From Eledone cirrhosa (taxonomy: Eukaryota), in NCBI GenBank assembly GCA_964016885.1, contig OZ024740.1:9114001-9178000 (forward strand): a DNA stretch of 64,000 nt, read 5' to 3'. The notes below the pieces were generated by a model. The model did not search any database, had not been told where the DNA came from, and saw only the letters and a program-made list of their open reading frames with translations. Positions within the stretch are counted from its first letter, which is position 1; every line of letters starts with the position of its first letter. Both the position numbers and the translations under genes were made by a program. Below are positions 1 to 10,680 of this stretch, in pieces.

Positions 1-2986
1 ATCAGTTTTGATTGGTATGTCAATTTCGATTAGTATATCAGTTTCTATTGGTATGTCAGTTTCTATTGGTATATCAGTTTCAATTGGTATATCAGTTTCG
101 ATTGGCATATCAGTTTCGATTGGTATGTCAGTTTCGATTTGTATATCAGATTCGACTAGTATATCAGTTTCGATTGGTATATCAGTTTCTATTGCTATAT
201 CTGTTTCTATTGGTATATCAGTTTCGATTGGTATGTCAGTTTCTATTCGTATATCAGTTTCGATTGGTATGTCAGTTTCTATTGGTATGTCAGTTTCGAT
301 TATTATATCAGTTTCTATTGGTATGTCAGTTTCTATTGGTATATCAGTTTCGATTGGTATGTCAGTTTCGATTGGTATGTCTGTTTCGATTAGTATATCA
401 GTTTCTATTGGTATGTCAGTCACTATTGGTATATCAGTTCCTATAGGTATGTCAGTTTCTATTGGTATGTCAGTTTCGATTTGTATATCAGTTTCTATTG
501 GTATGTCAGTCTCTATTGGTATATCAGTTTCGATTGGTATGTCAGTTTTGATTGGTATATCAGTTTCGATTGGTGTATCAGTTTCGATTGGTATATCAGT
601 CTCTATTGGTATATTCAGTTTAAATTGGTATGTCAGTTTCTATTGGTATGTTAGTTTCGATTAGTATATCAGTTTCTATTGGTATGTCAGTGTCTATTGG
701 TATATCAGTTTCGATTGGTATGTCAGTTTCGATTGCTATGTCAGTTTCGATTGGTATGTCAGTTTCGATTGGTATATCAGTTTTGAATGGTATTTAAATC
801 TCGATTGGTATGTCAGTTTCGATTGGTATATCAGTTTCTATTGGTATGTCAGTTTCTATTGGTATATCAGTTTCTATTGGTATGTCAGTTTCTATTGGTA
901 TATCAGTTTCTATTGGTATATCAGTTTCGATTGGTATGTCAATTTCGATTGGTATGTCAGTTTCGATTGGTATATCAGTTTCTATTTGTATGTCAGTTTC
1001 TATTGGTATATCAGTTTCTATTGGTATGTCAGTTTCGATTATTATATCAGTTTCTATTGGTATGTCAGTTTCTATTGGTATATCAGTTTCGATTGGTATA
1101 TCAGTTTCGATTGGTATGTCAATTTCGATTGGTATGTCAGTTTCGATTGGCATATCAGATTCGACTGGTATATCACTTTCTATTTCTATATCAGTTTCTA
1201 TTGGTATGTCAGTTTCAATTGGTATGTCAGTTTCTATTAGTATATCAGTTTCTATTTGTATGTCAGTCTCTATTGGTATATCAGTTTCGAATGGTATGTC
1301 AGTTTCGATTGGTATATCTGTTTCGATTGGTATGTCAATTTCGATTGCTATGTCAGTTTCGATTGGTATGTCAGTTTCGATTGGTATATCAGTTTCGATT
1401 GGTATATCAGTTGCAATTGGTATGTTAGTTTCTATTGGTATGTCAGTTTCGATTAGTATATCAGTTTCTATTGCTATATCAGTTTCTATTTGTATATCAG
1501 TTTCGATTGGTATATCAGTTTCGATTAGTTTAGCAGTTTCTATTGGCATGTCAGTTTTTATTGGTATATCAATTTCGATTGGTATATCAGTTTCAATTGG
1601 TATATCAGATTCGACTGGTATATCACTTTCTATTGCTATATCAGTTCGATTGGTATGTCAGTTTCTATTAGTATGTCAGTTTCTATTGGTATGTTAGTCC
1701 TCGATTTGTATGTCAGTTTCTATTGGTATGTCAGTTTCGATTAGCATATCAGTTTCTATTGGTATGTCAGTTTCTATTGGTATATCACTTTCGATTGGCA
1801 TATCAGTTTCTATTGGTATATCAGTTTCGATTGGTATGTCAGTTTGTATTGGTATATCAGTTGCGATTGGTATTCAGTTTCTATTGGTATGTCAGTTTCG
1901 ATTATTATATCAGTTACTATTTGTATGTTAGTTTCTATTGGTATATCAGTTTCATTTGGTATGTAAGTCTCTATTGGTATATCAGTTTCTATTGGTACGT
2001 CAGTTTCTATTAGTATATCAGTTTCGATTGGTATATCAGTTTCGATTGGTATATCAATTTCTATTGCTATATCACTTTCTATTGGTATATCAGTTTCGAT
2101 TGGTATCTCAGTTTCTATTGGTATATCAGATGCGATTGGTATGTCAGTTTCGATTGGTATGTCAGTTTCGATTGTTATGTCAGTCTCTATTGGTATATCA
2201 GTTTCGATTGGTATGTCAGTTTCGATTGGAATATCAGTTTCTACTGGAATATCAATTTCGATTGGTATGTCAGTTTCGATTGGTATGTCAGTTTCGATTA
2301 GCATATCAGTTTCTATTGGTATGTCAGTTTCTATTGGTATATCACTTTCGATTCGCATATTAGTTTCAATTGGTATATCAGTTTCGATTGGTATGTCAGT
2401 TTGTATTGGTATATCAGTTGCGATTGGTATTCAGTTTCTATTGGTATGTCAGTTTCGATTATTATATCAGTTACTATTTGTATGTCAGTTTCTATTGGTA
2501 TATCAGTTTCATTTGGTATGTAAGTCTCTATTGGTATATCAGTTTTGATTAGTATATCAGTTCCTATAGGTGTCAGTTTCTATTGGTATATCAGTTTCGA
2601 TTGGTATGTAAGTTTCTATTGGTATATCAGTTTCGATTGGTATGTCAGTTTCGATTAGTATATCAGTTTCTATTGGTACGTCAGTTTCTATTAGTATATC
2701 AGTTTCGATTGGTATATCAGTTTCGATTTGTATGTCAATTTCGATTGGTATGTCAGTTTCGATTGGTATATCAGATTCGACTGGTATATCACTTTCTATT
2801 GCTATATCAATTTCTATTGGTATGTCAGTTTCTATTAGTATATCTGTTTCAATTGGTATGTCAGTTTCTATTGGTATGTCAGTTTCTACTAGTATATTAG
2901 TTTCTATTGGTATGTCAGTCTCTATTGGTATATCAGTTTCGATTGGTATGTCCGTTTCGATTGGTATATCAGTTTCTATTGGTATA
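1..2986 (+). repeat. 18-bp tandem satellite, consensus TCAGTTTC[G/T]ATTGGTAT[G/A] (array continues beyond window start)
   Basis: Direct reading: head-to-tail 18-mers with point variants; 6-aa periodicity in all translated frames. Confidence 0.98.
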
Positions 2987-4891
2987 TTCAAGCATGTTCT
3001 ACAACGTGAGGACCAAAAACGTGAGGTGTTCAGGATTGCCAGGCAATGTGTCAAGGAAAACCGTGATATTGTCGGGGAGAAGTGTGTACTTAACGATGAT
3101 GGCATACTTGCCATCACCGATGCTGATAAAAAGGTAGCTTGGAAGTGTCACTACGAAAGGCTTCTAAATGAGGAGAACAAATGGGAGAAAGACAGTCTCC
3201 CCCAGATCGATCCAATAGAGGGACCAGCAGTGTTAGTTGAAGGTAGTATAATAAGTAAGGCAATCAAAGATATGAAGACGGGTAAGGCGGCTGGGCCTTC
3301 GGAAATAGTTGCTGAGATGCTGAAGGCATCTGGTTCGGTGGGACACACCATGGTCACCCGGATAGTTAACCAAGTCGTACAGAATGGGGTTGTTCCGAAG
3401 GACTGGCGTAGCAGCATCATCGTCAACTGCTATAAGGGAAAAGGAGATGCCCTAGATAGGAGTAACTATAGAGGCATTAAATTAATCGACCAGGTCATGA
3501 AGGTCACGGAAAAAGTAATAGCGCAACTAATCAGAGAGAGAATTGATCTAGATGAAATGCAGTTCGGGTTTGTGTCAGACAAAAGTACCACAGACGCTCT
3601 TTTCATAGTACGACAACTACAGGAGAAGTACCTAGCTAAAGGTAAACCCCTATACTTAGCTTTCGTCGACTTGGAGAAAGCCTTCGACAGAGTCCCCCGT
3701 TCCATTATCTGGTGGTCTCTTAGAAAACTAGGTGTTGACGAATGGCTTGTGAGAGCTATACAAGCCATGTATAAAGAAACAGTCAGTAAGGTTAGAATTA
3801 ACAACGAATATAGTGAAGAGTTTAGCGTAAAAGTTGGTGTCCATCAGGGCTCTGTTCTTAGCCCCCTACTATTTATTATTGCCCTTCAGGCTATAACAGA
3901 GGAGTTCAAGACCGGCTGCCCATGGGAACTCCTATACGCAGATGATCTAACGCTCATAGCTGAATCAATGACCGAACTAGAGAAGAAATTCCAAACGTGG
4001 AAGCACGGCCTAGTATCAAAAGGCCTTAAAATTAACCTGGCTAAGACTAAAGTTCTAGTTTGTAGGAAAGAAAATAAGGCGGCGGTCCCATCGGGGAAAT
4101 GGCCATGCTCAGTGTGTAGGAAAGGCGTAGGTAGAAACTCCATTTTATGTCCCAAATGCAAAGTATGGGTGCATAAAAGATGTAGTGGGATCACAGGTAA
4201 GCTAACTAAGAACATAGATTTTACATGTGGCCGGTGCTCTGGTGCAATAAGTAGCAGCAAGTGCCCACAAAATACTAGCTCCTTCAACTGCGCAGAGGGT
4301 TCTATAGAAATAGTGGACAGCTTCCGTTATCTGGGTGACAAAATCAGCAGTGGGGGAGGGTGCTCTGAAAGTACAGTAGCTAGAGTCAGAACTGGATGTA
4401 AAAAGTTCAGAGAGCTTATACCACTATTAGCCGCTAGAGGGTTCTCCCTAAAAATGAAAGGCAGGTTATACGATGCCTGCATACGAACAGCAATGCTGCA
4501 TGGCAGTGAGACCTGGGCATTGTGTGCAGAGGATATACGCAGACTAGAGAGGAACGAAGCTAGCATGCTCCGCTGGATGTGCAATAGTAATATACGTGAA
4601 CGGCAAAGCATAAACGAACTAAGGAAAAAATTAGAAATAAGAGGGATCAGATGTTGTTTACTCAAGAGAAGGCTACGTTGGTACGGTCACGTGATGCGCA
4701 TGAAAGACGACAGCTGTATAACAAAGTGCAGGGCAATAAAGATAGACGGTAGCCACGGAGTAGGCAGACCCAGAAAAACATGGGACGAGCTGATAAATTC
4801 CGACCTCACACGCTTACACCTCTCCAAGACAATGTCACTGGACCGAGACCTTTGGCGGTACTCAGTAATAGAGAAGACCCGCCTTACCTAA
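2987..4891 (+). CDS. Non-LTR reverse transcriptase ORF (5'-truncated, uninterrupted, no native start) with internal PHD-type zinc finger
   Basis: Motifs YKGKGD..NYRGIKL, QFGF, FVDLEKAFDRV, GVHQGSVLSPLLF, YADD (3935-3946), INLAKTK, FRYLG, HGSETW, RLRWYGHV, GRPRKTW; stop TAA 4889-4891. The ORF-track start at 2642 lies in the satellite. Confidence 0.9.
   Translation, partial: FKHVLQREDQKREVFRIARQCVKENRDIVGEKCVLNDDGILAITDADKKVAWKCHYERLLNEENKWEKDSLPQIDPIEGPAVLVEGSIISKAIKDMKTGKAAGPSEIVAEMLKASGSVGHTMVTRIVNQVVQNGVVPKDWRSSIIVNCYKGKGDALDRSNYRGIKLIDQVMKVTEKVIAQLIRERIDLDEMQFGFVSDKSTTDALFIVRQLQEKYLAKGKPLYLAFVDLEKAFDRVPRSIIWWSLRKLGVDEWLVRAIQAMYKETVSKVRINNEYSEEFSVKVGVHQGSVLSPLLFIIALQAITEEFKTGCPWELLYADDLTLIAESMTELEKKFQTWKHGLVSKGLKINLAKTKVLVCRKENKAAVPSGKWPCSVCRKGVGRNSILCPKCKVWVHKRCSGITGKLTKNIDFTCGRCSGAISSSKCPQNTSSFNCAEGSIEIVDSFRYLGDKISSGGGCSESTVARVRTGCKKFRELIPLLAARGFSLKMKGRLYDACIRTAMLHGSETWALCAEDIRRLERNEASMLRWMCNSNIRERQSINELRKKLEIRGIRCCLLKRRLRWYGHVMRMKDDSCITKCRAIKIDGSHGVGRPRKTWDELINSDLTRLHLSKTMSLDRDLWRYSVIEKTRLT
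4106..4237 (+). other. Cys4-His-Cys3 (PHD-type) zinc finger coding segment inside the RT
   Basis: CSVC-x10-CPKC-x4(KVWV)-H-x2-C-x14-CGRC between the INLAKTK and FRYLG motifs; all eight ligands are also present in E5, E6 and E8. Confidence 0.8.
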
Positions 4892-5060
4892 ATACAAAGT
4901 AAAAACCTACTACAGTCAGTAGGCATCTCTATCAAAACACACCCCCGCCCCACCACCTCCACCCCACCCACACCGCCCCTTTCAATGTAAAGTTATGTTG
5001 GTCCCACAACATCCAGGCCGAAACAAATGAGATCGTGTAGGTGTCACGACAAAAAAACAC

Positions 5061-5285
5061 ACAGTCCACTCTGTAAATGTGGCCGTGTAGGCAACACGGT
5101 AAAAACCTCCCTGCCCCACACTGTAAATGTGGTTGGTGTTAGGAAGGGCATCCAGCTGTAGAAAACCCGCCAGACAGTCCACGCTGTAATGTGGCCGTGT
5201 AGGCAACACGGTAAAAACCTCCCAGCCCCACACTGTAAATGTGGTTGGTGTTAGGAAGGGCATCCAACTGTAGAAAACCCGCCAG
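5061..5285 (+). repeat. ~112-bp tandem duplication in the element 3' UTR
   Basis: ACAGTCCAC...GGAAGGGCATCCA...AAAACCCGCCAG units start at 5061 and 5174; two units in E1, E2, E4, E5, E6, E8 and one in E3, E10. Confidence 0.92.
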
Positions 5286-5424
5286 ACAGTCCTATGCGAG
5301 CAAGACAACCACTCTTGCCTCAAGTGGGAAAACCCCCGTCCAAACCCATGCAAGCGTGGAACACGGACGCTAAACCTGATGATGATGATGATGATGATGA
5401 TGATATTAGTTTCTATTGGTATGT

Positions 5425-6406
5425 ACTATTAGCTGCTAATGGGTTCTCCCTAAAAATGAAAGGCAGGTTGTACGATGCCTGCATACGAACAGCAATGTTG
5501 CATGGCAGTGAGACCTGGGCATTGTGTGCAGAGGATATATGCAGACTAGAGAGGAACGAAGCTTGCATGCTCCGCTGGATGTGTAACAGTAATATACGTG
5601 AACGGCAAAGCATAAACGAACTAAGGAAAAAATTAGAAATAAGAGGGATCAGATGTTGTTTACTCAAGAGAAGGCTACGTTGGTACGGTCACGTGATGCG
5701 CATGAAAGACGACAGCTGTATAACAAAGTGCAGGGCAATAAAGATAGACGGTAGCCACGGAGTAGGCAGACCCAGAAAAACATGGGACGAGCTGATAAAT
5801 TCCGACCTCACACGCTTACACCTCTCCAAGACAATGTCACTGGACCGAGACCTTTGGCGGTACTCAGTAATAGAGAAGACCCGCCTTACCTAAATACAAA
5901 GTAAAAACCTACTACAGTCAGTAGGCATCTCTATCAAAACACACCCCCGCCCCACCACCTCCACCCCACCCACACCGCCCCTTTCAATGTAAAGTTATGT
6001 TGGTCCCACAACATCCAGGCCGAAACAAATGAGATCGTGTAGGTGTCACGACAAAAAAACACACAGTCCACTCTGTAAATGTGGCCGTGTAGGCAACACG
6101 GTAAAAACCTCCCTGCCCCACACTGTAAATGTGGTTGGTGTTAGGAAGGGCATCCAGCTGTAGAAAACCCGCCAGACAGTCCACGCTGTAATGTGGCCGT
6201 GTAGGCAACACGGTAAAAACCTCCCAGCCCCACACTGTAAATGTGGTTGGTGTTAGGAAGGGCATCCAACTGTAGAAAACCCGCCAGACAGTCCTATGCG
6301 AGCAAGACAACCACTCTTGCCTCAAGTGGGAAAACCCCCGTCCAAACCCATGCAAGCGTGGAACACGGACGCTAAACCTGATGATGATGATGATGATGAT
6401 GATGAT
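5425..6406 (+). mobile_element. E2: 5'-truncated copy (RT C-terminus, 3' UTR, (GAT)9); E3/E1 recombinant
   Basis: Same 5' junction as E3 (GGTATGT|ACTATTAGC); 3' part and tail match E1; stop at 5893. Confidence 0.92.
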
Positions 6407-6426
6407 ATTAGTTTCTATTGGTATGT

Positions 6427-7291
6427 ACTATTAGCTGCTAATGGGTTCTCCCTAAAAATGAAAGGCAGGTTGTACGATGCCTGCATACGAACAGCAATGT
6501 TGCATGGCAGTGAGACCTGGGCATTGTGTGCAGAGGATATATGCAGACTAGAGAGGAACGAAGCTTGCATGCTCCGCTGGATGTGTAACAGTAATATACG
6601 TGAATGGCAAAGCATAAACGAACTAAGGAAAAAATTAGAGATAAGAGGGATCAGATGTTGTTTACTCGAGAGAAGGCTACGTTGGTATGGACACGTGATG
6701 CGCATGAAAGTCGATAGCTGTATAACAAAGTGCAGGGCAATAAAGATAGACGGTAGCCACGGAATAGGCAGACCTAGAAAAACCTGGGACGAGCTGATAA
6801 ATTCCGACCTCACACACTTACACCTCTCCAAGACAATGTCACTGGACCGAGACCTTTGGCGGTACTCAGTAATAGAGAAGACCCGCCTTACTTAAATACA
6901 TAGTAAAACCTACTCCAGCCAGTAGGCATCTCTAACAAAATACACCCCGTCCCACCACCACCCCCACCCCATCCACACCACCCCGTTCTATGTAAAGTTA
7001 TGTTGGTGCCGCGCCATCCAGGCCGTAACAAATGAGATCGTGTAGGTGTCACGACAAAAAAACACACAGTCCACGCTGTAATGTGGCCGTGTAGGCAACA
7101 CGGTAAAAACCTCCCAGACCCACACTGTAAATGTGGTTGGTGTTAAGAAGGGCATCCAACTGTAGAAAACCTGCCAGACAGTCCTATGCGAGCAGGACAA
7201 TCACTCTTGCCTCAAGTGGGACTACCCCCGTCCAAACCCATGCAAGCGTGGAACACGGACGTTAAACGTTGATGATGATGATGATGATGAT
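6427..7291 (+). mobile_element. E3: 5'-truncated copy, single-unit 3' UTR subfamily, (GAT)7
   Basis: ORF fragment LLAANGFSLKMK...EKTRLT, stop 6895; tail 7271-7291. Confidence 0.92.
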
Positions 7292-7949
7292 GTCAGTTTC
7301 GATTGCTATGTCAGTTTAGATTGGTATGTCAGTTTCGATTGGTATATCAGTTTCGAATGGTATTTCAATCTCGATTGGTATGTCAGTTTCGATTGGTATA
7401 TCAGTTTCGAATGGTATATCAGTTTCGATTGGTATGTCAGTTTCGATTGGTATATCAGTTTCTATTAGAATATCAGTTTCGATTGGTATGTCAGTTTCAA
7501 TTAGTATATCAGTTTCTATTGGTATGTCAGTCTCTATTGGTATATCAGTTCCTATAGGTATGTCAGTTTCTATTGGTATATCAATTTCGATTGGTATGTC
7601 AGTTTCTATTTGTATATCAGTTTCGATTGGTATGTCAGTCTAGATTAGTATATCTGTTTTGATTGGTATGTCAGTTTCGATTAGTATATCAGTTTCTACT
7701 GGTATATCAGTTTCGATTGGTATATCAGTTTCGATTGGTATGTTAATTTCGATTGGTATGTCAGTTTCGATTGTTATATCAGATTCGACTGGTATATCAG
7801 TTCCTATTGGTATATCAGTTTCTATTGGTATATCAGTTTCTATTGGTATGTCAGTTTCTATTAGTATATCAGTTTCTATTGGTATGTCAGTCTCTATTGG
7901 TATATCATTTTCGATTGGTATGTCAGTTTCGATTGGTATGTCAGTTTCT

Positions 7950-10680
7950 ATTAGTATATCAGTTTGTATTGGTATGTTAATCTCTATTGGTATATCAGTT
8001 TCGATTGGTATGTCAGTTTCTATTGGTATGTCAGTTTCTATTGGTATGTCAGTTTCTATTAGTATATCAGTTTGTATTGGTATGTTAATCTCTATTGGTA
8101 TATCAGTTTCGATTCGTATGTCAGTTTCGATTGGTATGTCAGTTTCGATTGGTATGTCAGTTTCGATTGGTATATCAGTTTCGAATGGTATTTCAATCTC
8201 GATTGTTATGTCAGTTTCGATTGGTATATCAGTTTCTATTGGTATGTCAGTTTCTATTGGTATAACAGTTTCGATTGGCATATCAGTTTCGATAGGTATG
8301 TCAGTTTCGATTGGTATGTCAGTTTCTATTGGTATATCAGTTGCGATTGGTATGTCAGTTTCTATTGGTATGTCAGTTTCGATTATTATATCAGTTCCTA
8401 TAGGTATGTCAGTTTCTATTGGTATATCAGTTTCGATTGGTATATCAGTTTTGATTGGTATGTCAATTTCGATTAGTATATCAGTTTCTATTGGTATGTC
8501 AGTTTCTATTGGTATATCAGTTTCAATTGGTATATCAGTTTCGATTGGCATATCAGTTTCGATTGGTATGTCAGTTTCGATTGGTATATCAGATTCGACT
8601 AGTATATCAGTTTCGATTGGTATATCAGTTTCTATTGCTATATCTGTTTCTATTGGTATATCAGTTTCGATTGGTATGTCAGTTTCTATTCGTATATCAG
8701 TTTCGATTGGTATGTCAGTTTCTATTGGTATGTCAGTTTCGATTATTATATCAGTTTCTATTGGTATGTCAGTTTCTATTGGTATATCAGTTTCGATTGG
8801 TATGTCAGTTTCGATTGGTATGTCAGTTTCGATTAGTATATCAGTTTCTATTGGTATGTCAGTCACTATTGGTATATCAGTTCCTATAGGTATGTCAGTT
8901 TCTATTGGTATGTCAGTTTCGATTTGTATATCAGTTTCTATTGGTATGTCAGTCTCTATTGGTATATCAGTTTCGATTGGTATGTCAGTTTTGATTGGTA
9001 TATCAGTTTCGATTGGTGTATCAGTTTCGATTGGTATATCAGTTTCTATTGGTATATTCAGTTTAAATTGGTATGTCAGTTTCTATTGGTATGTTAGTTT
9101 CGATTAGTATATCAGTTTCTATTGGTATGTCAGTGTCTATTGGTATATCAGTTTCGATTGGTATGTCAGTTTCGATTGCTATGTCAGTTTCGATTGGTAT
9201 GTCAGTTTCGATTGGTATATCAGTTTTGAATGGTATTTAAATCTCGATTGGTATGTCAGTTTCGATTGGTATATCAGTTTCTGTTGGTATGTCAGTTTCT
9301 ATTGGTATATCAGTTTCTATTGGTATGTCAGTTTCTATTGGTATATCAGTTTCTATTGGTATGTCAGTTTCTATTGGTATATCAGTTTCTATTTGTATGT
9401 CAGTTTCTATTGGTATATCAGTTTCTATTGGTATGTCAGTTTCGATTAGTATATCAGTTTCTATTGGTATGTCAGTTTCTATTGGTATATCAGTTTCGAT
9501 TGGTATATCAGTTTCGATTGGTATATCAGTTTCTATTAGTATATCAGTTTGTATTGGTATGTTAATCTCTATTGGTATATCAGTTTCGATTGGTATGTCA
9601 GTTTCGATTGGTATGTCAGTTTCTATTGGTATGTCAGTTTCTATTAGTATATCAGTTTGTATTGGTATGTTAATCTCTATTGGTATATCAGTTTCGATTC
9701 GTATGTCAGTTTCGATTGGTATGTCAGTTTCGATTGGTATGTCAGTTTCGATTGGTATATCAGTTTCGAATGGTATTTCAATCTCGATTGTTATGTCAGT
9801 TTCGATTGGTATATCAGTTTCTATTGGTATGTCAGTTTCTATTGGTATAACAGTTTCGATTGGCATATCAGTTTCGATAGGTATGTCAGTTTCGATTGGT
9901 ATGTCAGTTTCTATGGGTATATCAGTTGCGATTGGTATGTCAGTTTCTATTGGTATGTCAGTTTCGATTATTATATCAGTTCCTATAGTTATGTCAGTTT
10001 CTATTGGTATATCAGTTTCGATTGGTATATCAGTTTTGATTGGTATGTCAATTTCGATTAGTATATCAGTTTCTATTGGTATGTCAGTTTCTATTGGTAT
10101 ATCAGTTTCAATTGGTATATCAGTTTCGATTGGCATATCAGTTTCGATTGGTATGTCAGTTTCGATTTGTATATCAGATTCGACTAGTATATCAGTTTCG
10201 ATTGGTATATCAGTTTCTATTGCTATATCTGTTTCTATTGGTATATCAGTTTCGATTAGTATATCAGTTTCTATTGGTATGTCAGTCACTATTGGTATAT
10301 CAGTTCCTAGAGGTATGTCAGTTTCTATTGGTATGTCAGTTTCGATTTGTATATCAGTTTCTATTGGTATGTCAGTCTCTATTGGTATATCAGTTTCGAT
10401 TGGTATGTCAGTTTTGATTGGTATATCAGTTTCGATTGGTGTATCAGTTTCGATTGGTATATCAGTTTCTATTGGTATATTCAGTTTAAATTGGTATGTG
10501 AGTTTCTATTGGTATGTTAGTTTCGATTAGTATATCAGTTTCTATTGGTATGTCAGTGTCTATTGGTATATCAGTTTCGATTGGTATGTCAGTTTCGATT
10601 GCTATGTCAGTTTCGATTGGTATGTCAGTTTCGATTGGTATATCAGTTTTGAATGGTAGTTAAATCTCGATTGGTATGTC
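7950..10680 (+). repeat. ~1.4-1.6 kb higher-order duplication of satellite; a related copy lies at window positions 1-~1700
   Basis: Matching variant strings at offset 1585 (8072/9657) and 1423 (9107/10530); marker GGTATATTCAGTTTAAATTGG near 609, 9052, 10475. Confidence 0.8.

Larger units (their letters stand above)
2987..5404 (+). mobile_element. E1: 5'-truncated RTE-like non-LTR retrotransposon (RT, C-terminus, 3' UTR, (GAT)9 tail); endonuclease domain missing
   Basis: Abrupt exit from satellite at ATTGGTATA|TTCAAG; non-LTR RT ORF to 4891; 3' UTR 4892-5377; GAT x9 at 5378-5404. A short tandem-repeat tail and the RRLRWYGHVMR...GRPRKTW C-terminus are typical of the RTE clade. Confidence 0.93.

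Noticed and set aside
3151-5353. Antisense ORFs over the element (3151-3426, 3466-3804, 3886-4287, 4327-4665, 4982-5353)
   Set aside because: Shadow frames of the RT and UTR with no recognisable motifs and inconsistent ends among copies
5326-5385. Hammerhead ribozyme core (GAAA ... CTGATGA)
   Set aside because: CTGATGA arises from the tail junction in E1/E2 only, and stems II/III cannot be formed convincingly
2987-5404. E1 as an autonomous active element
   Set aside because: Lacks 5' UTR, native start and endonuclease domain
5294-5893. 199-aa ORFs with poly-Asp (also 6296-6895, 35807-36133, 39702-40028)
   Set aside because: Chance read-through of 3' UTR, (GAT)n tail and satellite into the next fragment
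4892-6406. LTR or Penelope-like terminal repeats suggested by direct repeats around E1/E2
   Set aside because: The repeats are tandem 3' ends of LINE copies; no TG..CA ends, PBS, integrase or GIY-YIG domain
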